The position numbers and the translations under genes were made by a program. 24,000 bases of DNA from Mycoplasma ovis str. Michigan (lineage in GTDB: Bacteria; Bacillota_I; Bacilli_A; Mycoplasmatales; Mycoplasmoidaceae). This document shows positions 9,005-18,389 of this stretch, one piece after another. The number at the start of each line of letters is the position of its first letter. Position 1 is the first letter of the stretch. The stretch lies in NCBI RefSeq assembly GCF_000508245.1, contig NC_023062.1, positions 423,254 to 447,253 of the forward strand, written 5' to 3'. The notes beneath the pieces were generated by a model. The model was not told the DNA's origin and did not search any database. It saw nothing but the letters and a program-made list of their open reading frames with translations.

Positions 9005-9049
9005 CGATAATATTCAACAAAACTTACCCTAGAGTTAATTAAAGAAGGA

Positions 9050-9460
9050 CTAAGAAGGAAGTTTAAACTCAACAGAAGCCCCTATAGCTTCAAATTTAGA
9101 CTTCAGTTCTTCGAATTGTGAAGCGGGAATATCAGCTTTCACCAAAGAAGGAGCGCTATCAACAATCTTTTTGGCTTCCATTAATCCCAGAGAAGTCAAC
9201 TCTCTTACTAACTTAATAACCCCAATCTTATTTCCCCCAGCGGAAGTTAAGTGAAGATCTTTATTTACATCAGCCTTTTTTTCAGTTGATTCTTCTGCTT
9301 TTGCAGAGGAAGCTCCAGCAGAAAAGTTTGCCGCACTTACTTTAAACTCACTCTCTAATCCTCTAACCAATTCATTTAGTTCTAGTACAGTAAACCCCTT
9401 AATTTGATTTATTAAGTTTTGAGTTTTTTCTGTTAAGTTATTTTTGTTATCTTCAGACAT
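9050..9460 (-). CDS. rplL: 50S ribosomal protein L7/L12
   Basis: ORF with the L12 architecture: N-terminal helix, Ala/Ser/Glu hinge, and C-terminal GGNKIGVIKLVRELTSLGLMEAKKIVDSAP...ELKSKFEAIGASVE. The ATG at 9458-9460 is preferred over the upstream TTG at 9472. Confidence 0.9.
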   Translation of the reverse strand: MSEDNKNNLTEKTQNLINQIKGFTVLELNELVRGLESEFKVSAANFSAGASSAKAEESTEKKADVNKDLHLTSAGGNKIGVIKLVRELTSLGLMEAKKIVDSAPSLVKADIPASQFEELKSKFEAIGASVEFKLPS

Positions 9461-9493
9461 AGAGGAAATCAATATTAATACTAGAAATTAAGT

Positions 9494-9979
9494 TTATTGT
9501 TTTTCTGAAATACTTTTCAGCAAAAATATTAGGGAAATTATAGGAGTCATTAGCAAATATACTAGCTTTGCATAGGCATCTTCCTTCTCTGTTCAAGAAG
9601 CAAGATATCCTTTTTGTTCTTCATTTAATAATTGATTACCGCAACAAACAACTCCCAGTTTAAGCAACTTATATTTGTTGACCAAATCTCCAAATAATTT
9701 CAGAGGAGCAATCTTCTCTGAATTAACGATCAAAATCAAATTTTGACCACTTATATTAACAGGGGTGTCAAAAACATTTTTAAATGCTCTCCTTAGTACG
9801 TTATTGGAAATAAACTTAATTTCTCCATCAAATTTCTTTACTTCCATTCTTAGTCATCTAGAAGACTTTGCTCCTAATTCACTGTAATTAAGGCTTGCAA
9901 AAGAATACGCAGACTTTAATTTTTGAGAAAGCTGTTCTACTTGATTTGACTTTATTGAGTGATACTTTCTTACTCTCAT
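9494..9979 (-). CDS. rplJ: 50S ribosomal protein L10
   Basis: ATG 9977-9979. MRVRKYHSIKSNQVEQLSQKLKSAYSFASLNYSELGAKSSRWLRMEVKK... continues through TGA 9593-9595 to TAA 9494-9496. It lies immediately upstream of rplL. Confidence 0.85.
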
Positions 9980-10054
9980 AAAAGCCTTAAAAACTCCCTT
10001 AAAACTTACTTTAACATATATAAATAGGGTGCTGAGGGTTAGATTTTAACCCTC

Positions 10055-10472
10055 TTTAGATAATTGAGTGGAATGGTAGGTAGCTTCTCGGCTAACTATC
10101 TTATTGTAGTTTAGTTGAGTGAGAGGAAAGTCCATGCTTACATAGTCTGAGATGACTATAGTGATTGTGTGAGTATATAAGAAATAAAACTCAACGGCTA
10201 GTTCTACTAGTTGATGGCGGAGAACCTTTCTAAATAAGCCAAAGGCTTACATGAGTAATTCTCTGTAAAGTGCCACAGAGACGAGCTTTATAGAAATATA
10301 GAGAGTGAAACGAGGCAAACCCCGCAAGTAAGAAACCTAAATATTGGTGAGGGAACTTAAGCTGAGGAAATGAACGAAGCTTAGGGATCGAATTTGATTA
10401 GATTAATTACCTACTTTTATCTGATTTACAGATAAAAACAGAACATGGCTTATTGTTTTACTTAACTCTAAA
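10055..10472 (+). ncRNA. rnpB: RNase P RNA, Bacillus/Mollicutes type B
   Basis: Conserved P4 strands are gagaGGAAAGTCCatgc (about 10122-10138) and ACAGAACATGGCTTA (about 10437-10451). Also present are GTGCCACAGAGACGAG and the aaaccccgcaagtaagaaacc module. Hand-folded helices: P1 (10055-10073 with about 10456-10472), P2 (ggtaggta with tacctact) and a P3 hairpin. The ends are approximate. Confidence 0.8.
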
Positions 10473-10503
10473 GTGCCCTAACTATTTACTGGAAAAAAAT
10501 TCT

Positions 10504-11043
10504 TTAAATATTCTGAGATCATTGTTTATCTGGTGTTCCATTATTTGGCACTTTGCAAATTAATTTGTAATTTGTATCTTGATCTTTTTTAGTAATTTCG
10601 CAGTGCTCTTCAGAAATAAATTCTGCTTTGCCTCATTTATGAAGTCATACAGGTGAATTTCATAAATCTTTGGTTTTATTATTGTCAAACTTCATTGTTG
10701 AAATTAAAGAATATTTTCGAGTTAAGCTCTTGATTCTATTTAGTTTTTCTTTTGGATCACTACTCCTCCAATCGTAGTAATAGAAAATTGGCTTATTTAA
10801 AGCATCTTTTTTAGCGCAAACAAATAAAACAGTACTAGATCTTCCCTCTAAAGAAACACAACCCTGATAACCTGTTTCTCCCTTTTCCTCTAGTAACTTC
10901 TATATCTTTAATGCGCCTTCGCCCCCACCAGAAAGAAATATATTAATCTCTTGCTCTTTAGGGTCGCTAGCTAAAGTGAAGGGAATTGTTGCAATAACTC
11001 CTGCACCTGCAAATCCTTGTAAGATTTTTGTCAAAAAAGACAT
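10504..11043 (-). pseudogene. Hypothetical secreted Cys-containing protein, interrupted by an in-frame TAG (codon 48) just after the signal peptide
   Basis: 180-codon frame open under table 4 except for TAG at 10900-10902: MSFLTKILQGFAGAGVIATIPFTLASDPKEQEINIFLSGGGEGALKI*KLLEEKGETGYQGCVSLEG...KLICKVPNNGTPDKQWSQNI. Re-derived codon by codon from the + strand. Confidence 0.5.
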
Positions 11044-11137
11044 TCCTTATAAACTAATTTTTTCTGAACTGGTATTTGTGTTTCTAAACATAATAATTGT
11101 GACTAACCACCTAAATTTTATTCAGACTTAACTAAAT

Positions 11138-11764
11138 TTATTTTGGTTTGCTGTCGGTAGAAGGTATTCTAAAAATTGCCTTTGGATTAAAAGTATCTGT
11201 CCATTTTAAGCCAACAGAATCAGAGACTTTAATTGAACATTCCTTTCTTCCGCCCTTTTCCACACAATCTTCCAGTTTAAATTTAATCGAAGAGGCCTCT
11301 TTTTCTCAAAACTTATTTTCGGTATTTGGCAACATATTCCAATTAACGACTTTGAATACATTTCCTGTACATGTAAAGTCACCATCATCACCATAACTAC
11401 CATCTTTTCGGCCATCTAAACTTCCTAACCTAGCTGTTCCAGAAGGAAAGATTGTTAATCTTCATACTTTTTCAGATTTATTATCACCAGTAACAATGCT
11501 TTCTTCCAAATCAATCTCTTTTTCGCTATAATGATAAACCCCTTTTAAATAAAGTTCTTTCTCAGTAGAATCTTCCTTATCCCTGAAACCTATGAAAAGA
11601 TCATAAGTATTTCTCGAGCTCTTGCAACTTAAAACTGGGTGCGAAAAATTAACTCATTGATTTTCATGAGGTTCAGATAACTTATCATGAAGTGTTAAAT
11701 AAACAGATCCTCCACTACCAGCGCCTAAAATCGCAACATAACCTAATCTAGAAATTAGAGACAT
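11138..11764 (-). CDS. Hypothetical secreted or anchored Cys-containing protein (208 aa)
   Basis: Continuous table-4 ORF with 4 TGA codons: MSLISRLGYVAILGAGSGGSVYLTLHDK...DFTCTGNVFKVVNWNM...LEDCVEKGGRKECSIKV...STDSKPK. Gly-rich hydrophobic leader and 4 Cys. Track ORFs 11148-11396(+) and 11206-11415(-) are other frames of this gene. Confidence 0.65.
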
Positions 11765-11805
11765 AAGATTAAGTTATTTTAAACAAGAAATTTAAAGTGA
11801 CTTAA

Positions 11806-14205
11806 CTATTTGTTAGAAAACAATTCATTATAAAGCTCTGAATAGTGTTTTATAGGTTTTAATTGAATCTTATTTAATATTTCTGAAGGGATATCTTCTA
11901 GATATCTTTCACTTTCCTTGGGATAGAAAATAGTATCCACTCCTCCCCTCACAGCAGAAATAACTTTTTCTTTCAATCCCCCAATAGGTAACACTTTACC
12001 TCTAAGAGTCATCTCTCCAGTCATAGCAATGTTGCTAGGAATAGGAACTTTTCTAAAAGCTGACAATATAGCTGTAGTTATAGTAATTCCAGCTGAAGGT
12101 CCGTCTTTTGGAACTCCCCCAGTAGGAACGTGCAGGTTGATATCTATATCTGATCATTTAGTATCGCTTAACTTAAATTCACTTTCATTGGCTTTTATGT
12201 AGGAAAGCGCAACATTTGCAGATTCCTTCATAGTGTCTCTGAGATTTCCAGTAAGAATTAAATTACCTTTTCCTGAGTAGTAATTTATTTCTACTGGAAG
12301 AAGATCTCCTCCATACTCTGTATATGCCATTCCATTAACAACACCTGGAATTGAAAGTTCATCTTTAACTGTATGTTCAAACTTTTCTTTTGAAAGATAT
12401 TCTTTAACAATCTCTACATTAACTGTTAAAGATTTCAATTCTTTATCTAGTTCTTGTCTTTGGATGAATTTTCTAGCTATTTGTGAAAGAGACTGTCTTA
12501 AACTTCTAACACCAGCTTCCCTAGTGTACCTTTGAATAATATATGTGATGGCTTCATCAGAAAAGATTAGCTCATCACTTTTTAAACCATGTTCTTGTAG
12601 AACTTCAGAAACTAAGCTATTTTTAGCAATAGCTAATTTTTCCTTTTCTGTGTATGAAGTTAACCTAATTATTTCCAATCTATCCAGAAGGGCTTCGGGA
12701 ATATTGTCTTCATAGTTAGCTGTAGCTATAAACATAACTTTTGACAAGTCAACCTCTTCCTCTATGTAGTTATCTATAAATTGGTGGTTTTGTTTAGGAT
12801 CTAAAACCTCCAATAAAGCTGATAATGGGTCTCCGTGACTGTTGCTAACCATCTTGTCTATCTCGTCTAGTATCATAACTGGATTATTAACCTTAGCTTG
12901 CTTCAGTCCCTTGATAATTCTTCCCGGCATAGATCCTACATAAGTTTTTCTGTGTCCTCTTATTTCAGCCTCGTCATTTAAGCCACCCAAAGATATCTTT
13001 ACACACTCTCTTTTAAGTCCTTTAGCAATTGACTGCGCTAAAGAAGTTTTTCCAACTCCTGGAGGGCCAGAAAGACAAATAATTGTTCCCTGCAAATTCT
13101 TTGTCTTCTTTTGTACAGCAACAAATTCCAAAATTCTTTCCTTAGCTTTATCCAATCCAAAGTGATTTGCATCCAATTCCTTTTTCACTTTGGCAATGGC
13201 CTGTTGATCTTTGGAACTTTTACCCCAAGGTAAAGAAATTAGTCAGTTTAGATAGTTGTGAGTAATCAAGCCTTCACTATTGGACATGTAACTTGAATAC
13301 TCTAATTTCTTTAATTCTTCTCTAACTCTGTCTCTAATATATTCAGGAGCTTTTTCCTTTTTTAACCAATCTTTAAATTTTTGTAATTCTACATCTTTAG
13401 AAGCTCCTTCCCCTAACTCTTCTTTAATTACTTTCATTCTTTCTCTAAGATAAAACTCTCTTTGTTGTTTAGAGATATTCTTATTTACCTTCTTTGCAAT
13501 GGAACTATTGATCTCATCTTTTTCTGCCTCAGTTAAATATTCGTAATCCAACATAAGAGTAATTCTTTTTGATACGTTTAACTCTTCCAACCATTTTTGC
13601 TTCATATCAACTCCATCTCTGTCGCTCTGCGGTCAGATGTTACACAACTGATCTAGTAATTCTGAACAAGAATCTTTAGTTGGGTTTTGACTTTCTTGGT
13701 TAAACATTTTTTTGATTTTTTCGTATCTTTCTCCCTTCATTTCGAAGAGCTCTTCGAAATACTTAAACAATTGTTCTAGATCAGATTTGTTTTTCAGAAA
13801 AGAGGCATTCTTTTCTTTTAACAATTCAAAATTAGAGAATCACATAGAACCCACATTCTCCAAGCCAGCATATTTCATTATCTTTGGGTTTTCTATCTTT
13901 ACTCTCTGTAGACCCTCAACCTTAACTGTTAATGATCCATCTTTATGCTGTTTAAGAACACTTACTTTTGAAAGTGTTCCGATCTTATACAGATCTACTG
14001 GCAAGGGGAAGTCTACGTCATAATCTTTTTGAGCAATAATTATTATCTCTCCATCAAATGATGCGAGAGAACACTTAATGGAAGCTAGAGAACAATCTCT
14101 ACCAACTTCAATAATGTTTTTGGAGTGCGGGAACACAACCATATTTCTAGCAACTAATAAAGGTAAAGAGCTATGCAATGCTGGTAGATTCAATTTTTCA
14201 GCCAT
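11806..14205 (-). CDS. lon: ATP-dependent Lon protease
   Basis: Five track fragments (11806-12066, 12154-13188, 13243-13605, 13633-13824, 13840-14244) share one frame and join through TGA codons. Walker A is GPPGVGKTS. The catalytic Ser motif PKDGPSAGIT lies in the 12067-12153 gap. NYLN-TGA-LISLPWG matches the conserved Lon Trp. The ATG at 14203-14205 (MAEKLNLPA...) is preferred over TTG 14244. Confidence 0.93.
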
Positions 14206-14252
14206 GGCTAACCCAATTGAATTAGTGGATGGAAAATATTTCAAAGTTCATT

Positions 14253-14279
14253 TTAGCAGATTAAGTCTTTGATTGCTAA
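14253..14279. promoter_or_regulatory. CIRCE-like inverted repeat (candidate HrcA operator) upstream of lon
   Basis: TTAGCAgat-N9-gatTGCTAA has the exact 9+9+9 geometry of CIRCE (TTAGCACTC-N9-GAGTGCTAA). The outer 6 nt of each arm match; the inner 3 nt do not. It lies 9-48 nt upstream of the candidate lon starts. Confidence 0.4.
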
Positions 14280-14463
14280 ATTAAATTTAGAAGACTTACT
14301 GAGTAATTCCTCAGACTAAAGATTCTAGGAAATAAAATTTAAATTAATTGTTATTTCTCCCTTATATATTAGTTCTTGCAATTAAGGGACTGGGTGTATT
14401 CAATTTATAAAAGTTTTGAATTAATTAATTTGTCTTTTAGAATTTTGGCAATAAGTTAAATAG

Positions 14464-14916
14464 GTGTCTACTGAAATTAGAGCTTTTTCAAAAAGAAAAA
14501 AGAGCAGGGTGAATATTATTCTAACCCAACTTCCAAAAACAGAAGTTTCTGATGAAAAGTCAAAACATGAGTTACTTATTTATGTTAAAAAGGATGGAGA
14601 GTATAAGGTAGTTAGTCCCTTGGAATACTTTAAAGATGAATACCTTATGCCTGTTCTCTTAAGTCCTTTTTCCTTTCTCCCCGCAAGAGTCTTGGGAGAA
14701 AGATATTCTGTAAAGGCATATACTAAAGGGGGTGGGGTTAGTGCGCAAGCTCAAGCAATTATGTTAGCTATTGCTAGGGCTCTTCTGGAATACTATCCTG
14801 AGATAAGAGTTCCTCTAAAAAAAGCAAAATTATTAACTCAAGATCATAGAGTTAAAGAAAGAAAGAAAATTGGAAAATACAAAGCCAGAAGATCTCCTCA
14901 ATTTACCAAGAGATAG
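14464..14916 (+). CDS. rpsI: 30S ribosomal protein S9
   Basis: 150-aa ORF with a GTG start. The C-terminal part is canonical S9 ([20 protein letters not shown]...[20 protein letters not shown]). The N-terminal half carries an insertion. Confidence 0.9.
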   Translation: MSTEIRAFSKRKKSRVNIILTQLPKTEVSDEKSKHELLIYVKKDGEYKVVSPLEYFKDEYLMPVLLSPFSFLPARVLGERYSVKAYTKGGGVSAQAQAIMLAIARALLEYYPEIRVPLKKAKLLTQDHRVKERKKIGKYKARRSPQFTKR

Positions 14917-15746
14917 TGTCCAAGGAATCAACATATGTTCCAAAAATTGGTTTTGGAACTGAGTCTTTAAGAATTATTGAAATTCTTTCTCCTTATTTAA
15001 AATCGGCTAATTCAAATAATTATGATTTCGTGGATTGTAGCTGAAAATATGGAAATGAAGCTATTATTGGATTAGCACTTAGGAGTCTAAAAAGATCGGA
15101 ACAAAATTTTGAATTTACTCCATATTTTCAATCCAAAGTTTGACCTTCTCAATTTTCTGGCGGAATTGTCAAATCTCTTAAGTTTTCCCTAAGCAAGATA
15201 GGTGCGGATACTGTAATACATACATATTTCTTGCATAGACCTTCTAGCAATATGGAATTGAACTTATCTGCTTACAAACAATTAATATCTTGTAAAAATA
15301 ATTCCTTAACTAAAAGAATAGGTTTATGTAATTTCGATAAGGACTTAATTAATTGATTTCATAAATTAACTGGAGTGATGCCAGATGTTGTGCAATATGA
15401 ATGTTCTGTCAATAATATGAGATGAGACAGAATCTCATATTGTAAGCAAAATAACATAGAGATACAAGGTCATACTGTTTTTGGTAACTATGCCAAAAAT
15501 GAGCAAAATCCTGTTTTACTGGATATGGCCAAAAAATACAATGTATCCCTTAAGACTTTATTGGCGGCTTATTTAGTAAATCTTGAAATTGTTCCTATTG
15601 TTGTTCCTAGCTCTGAAGAAGAAATAGGAGAATTAATTAAAGCTAAGGGGGTTAAATTAGATGAACAGGATTTAGAAACTTTAAAGAAATTAAATGAATA
15701 CGATAATCAATCTTTTGAGACTTTGCAAATTGATTATCCAGAATAA
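14916..15746 (+). CDS. Aldo/keto reductase family oxidoreductase
   Basis: GTG 14916 overlaps the rpsI TAG (TAGTG). The table-4 ORF joins to track ORF 15525-15746. AKR tetrad context: DCSWKYGNE (Asp, Tyr), QSKVW (Lys), FLHRP (His). Confidence 0.85.
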
Positions 15747-15755
15747 AAACAATTA

Positions 15756-16079
15756 ATGAGTAATAAGAAAATGGAATTATGTTTTGAAATTAGAAACAAG
15801 CAATATCTTTGTAATGTTGGGGATAGAATAATATCTGATTTTTTGAATAATGTTAATTTGGGAGATGAACTTAAATTTTCCAATGTATTGCTATACAAAG
15901 AAGAAGTAGGTAGGCCTTATATCCCTAATTTAGAAGTTAAGTGTAAGGTAATTAAGCAATTGAAGCATAAAAAGTTACATATCTTACACTTAATTTCTCA
16001 AAAAAGACACAGAAAGAGAATGGGCTTTAGGGCAAAACATACTTTATTAGAAGTTACTGAAGTTAAGAAACTTTCATAG
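15756..16079 (+). CDS. rplU: 50S ribosomal protein L21
   Basis: 107-aa ORF with L21-like layout. The C-terminal KKLHILHLISQKRHRKRMGFRAKHTLLEVTEV resembles [26 protein letters not shown] of E. coli L21. Confidence 0.8.
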   Translation: MSNKKMELCFEIRNKQYLCNVGDRIISDFLNNVNLGDELKFSNVLLYKEEVGRPYIPNLEVKCKVIKQLKHKKLHILHLISQKRHRKRMGFRAKHTLLEVTEVKKLS

Positions 16080-16564
16080 TGTCAGTATTTAATAAAACAA
16101 AAAAAGACGAAACAGCATTCCCAGTTAAAAGTACTGTTTACAGATATTTCTTTTCAGGGACTTATATAGAAAGAGTAGATGGAAAAAATAGAGTTTTTAT
16201 CCCTCTCACTTGGAGACATATTTTCAAAGACAAGTTGATTATCACTAAAAATGAAGTTGGTTGTTTAACTGTTTGAACTCCAGGATTTTTCCAATGATTC
16301 GCTTATTCAAGAATGGATGCTTGTTCAAGCGAACAAGAAAAGAATATTGTTAGAAGAATGTTTATTGGTAGCGCTACAACTCTATATGTTGATCCAAAGG
16401 CTAGAGTAACTCTACCACATGATTTATTGTCCAGTTTGGCACATCAAGATGGCGCTCTTTATTTTGTAGGAGCTGGCGATTACGTGGAAATTTGATCTAA
16501 AAGTTTATTTGAAAGTTGGAGATCAAAACAAATGCCAAAAGATATGAAACACGAAGAACTTTAA
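16079..16564 (+). CDS. mraZ: Transcriptional regulator MraZ
   Basis: GTG 16079 overlaps the rplU TAG (TAGTG). Fragments 16079-16276 and 16313-16495 join through TGA codons. There are two SpoVT/AbrB-type repeats (DGKNRVFIPLTW and DPKARVTLPHDL) and the conserved VEIW motif, with that W encoded by TGA. Confidence 0.85.
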
Positions 16565-16622
16565 TTTAGTCATTATTTCCTACTCCAACGGGAGTAGGAT
16601 TGGACCAGATTAAATTAGAAAA

Positions 16623-17552
16623 TTGGAAGATTGTGTTCACTATCCAGTACTTAAAGACCAAGTTTGTGAACATTGAATAACTTCTAAAAAAGGATTCTAT
16701 ATCGACTGTACTTTTGGCCAAGGGGGGCACTCGCAAGCTCTTTTAGAGTTACTTGAATCAGAAGCTTCTCTTCTGGGAATTGACATTGATCCTGATTGCT
16801 CATCTGTTGGTCTGGAATTATCCCGGAAAGACTCGAGATTTCATTTTGAAAATATAAATTACAGTTCATTGCATAATTATTGAATTAAAAATAAACTGCC
16901 AAAAGCCTCTGGAATCCTGTTTGATCTAGGTTTTTCTACTGCACAACTAAAAGATCCAAGCAGGTCTTTTAGTTACAATTCCAACTCTTCTGCTCTAGAA
17001 CTGAGATATGGATTGGATGGAACAAGTGTTTATGAGATTCTCAATGAATACACTGAACATAAGCTCAGTTGAATCTTTAAAAATTATGGAAATATAAAGG
17101 AATCTAAAGATTTGGCTCTAGCCATAATTAGAGAAAGGAAAAAAGCACCTATTAACAACACTGAGCAATTAAAGTCAATAATTGAAAAATATAGGATTTT
17201 TCAAAGAACTAGATACAACAAAAATCAAATTAAGCTATTATTCCAAGCCCTAAGAATAGAAGCAAATAATGAATTAGACAATTTAAAACATTCATTGGAA
17301 AAAGTCAAAGACATTCTAGAAGTTGGGGGAAAGTTGTTAATTATTACCTTTCAATCTTTAGAAGATGAATTGATAGAAGATTGAAGGAGACAATATTCCC
17401 GACCCATAAAGATTCCTGATATTATGGAGACTATACCTCCTCTTTTTCAGATTAGCCCTGATTCTCCTATTCTTCCTAATAGAGAAGAAATAGAGTTAAA
17501 TTGAGCCTCGAGAAGTTCTAAATTATGAGTTTTTACAAAACTAAGAGATTAA
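16623..17552 (+). CDS. rsmH: 16S rRNA (cytosine1402-N4)-methyltransferase RsmH (MraW)
   Basis: HYPVLKDQV...GFYIDCTFGQGGHSQALLE...GIDIDP...ILFDLGFSTAQL...LRIEANNELDNL. Single frame through TGA codons. TTG start at 16623 (ATT 16614 is an alternative). TAA at 17550-17552. Confidence 0.88.
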
Positions 17553-17685
17553 TTTGTTTTGTTACTTATTTATGGTAAATATTTAAAACTTAGTTTTTTA
17601 TTTAGTTAAAAAATTGAAACTTATGAATCTATGTGTCTTTTATTTAATACTATACTTCCCTACTTATAAAAATTCTTAAAAATAA

Positions 17686-17874
17686 CTAACCTTTTCTCTT
17701 CACTAATCATCATCCACTACTACTCAATGTTTGACCTGACTCCCCATTAACAACTTCCAAATTAGACAAATTAATTTCTGGCTTAAAAGAATCATTACGT
17801 AAATTGGAAGCTACCATTAATCCACCTCCCCCAGCAACTATCATAGGCAAGAAATATTTAACAGACAGCATCAT
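17686..17874 (-). CDS. Hypothetical 62-aa protein with a hydrophobic Gly-rich N-terminus (paralog A)
   Basis: MMLSVKYFLPMIVAGGGGLMVASNLRNDSFKPEINLSNLEVVNGESGQTLSSSGWWLVKRKG under table 4 (two TGA codons). Absent from the track because the standard-code ORF is under 60 aa. Its N-terminus is paralogous to 18041-18229. Confidence 0.45.
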
Positions 17875-18040
17875 AGACTAAAGAAATAATTTTTAAACCC
17901 TAAAAGATTTTATATTTAAATTAATTTTTTTGTGAATAAGTTAATTAAGCAAGTTAAATTTACCGATTTTATTTTATATATCAAAACCAATTAACTACTT
18001 TAATTAACTTATAAAACTTATCTAAGGTTTTAATCTACTT

Positions 18041-18229
18041 TTACTTACCTGAGCCTTTGTATCCTGGAAATGGTAATTCAGTAATAGGACGGATAGTACT
18101 ACTATCTGCAACAAAAGACTTATCCAAAGTTCGACTACCGCCTTCACGAGCTGACCATTGGTTAGCCGCTGTAAATCCGCCAAAAAATATACCTATCATA
18201 GGCATGAAATATTTCAAAGGTAACATCAT
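18041..18229 (-). CDS. Hypothetical 62-aa protein with a hydrophobic Gly-rich N-terminus (paralog B)
   Basis: Track ORF MMLPLKYFMPMIGIFFGGFTAANQWSAREGG... It shares ATGATG...AAATATTTC(A/T)TGCCTATGATAG with paralog A at the DNA level. A TATAAT-like box lies about 35 nt upstream. Confidence 0.5.
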   Translation of the reverse strand: MMLPLKYFMPMIGIFFGGFTAANQWSAREGGSRTLDKSFVADSSTIRPITELPFPGYKGSGK

Positions 18230-18389
18230 AGTCTAAAAAGGTAACTAATTAAACTTACTTAGATTATATATGAGAAACATTTAATTTCAAATATTTGATT
18301 TACCTGAAACAAATGAATTAAATATTTGAAATCATTTGAACCTTGGAGTATTTTTCTAAAGTAATGGTTTGTCTCTCAGCATTTAGTTA

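Noticed and set aside
11148-11415. ORFs 11148-11396 (+) and 11206-11415 (-)
   Set aside because: Both are off-frame or antisense to the 208-codon table-4 ORF at 11138-11764, which is continuous and has a leader and conserved-looking Cys pairs.
11806-14244. Reading the fragmented lon, hsdR, rplC, rplD and mraZ as pseudogenes
   Set aside because: All fragments of each gene are in one frame, and the only interrupting codons are TGA, which coincide with conserved Trp positions. This is a genetic-code effect, not gene decay.
13712-14272. Plus-strand ORFs 13712-14023 and 14078-14272, plus 16684-16869 (-) and 19019-19201 (-)
   Set aside because: They are antisense to lon, rsmH and hsdR respectively. 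They have no motifs and are fully contained in strongly supported genes.
16722-16727. G6 runs in rsmH (16722-16727) and hsdR (19538-19543) as additional phase switches
   Set aside because: They are shorter than the four 7-8 nt tracts. They encode conserved Gly motifs (GQGGH SAM-binding loop, VQGG), and the genes are in frame. Slippage cannot be excluded, but there is no positional signature of a switch.
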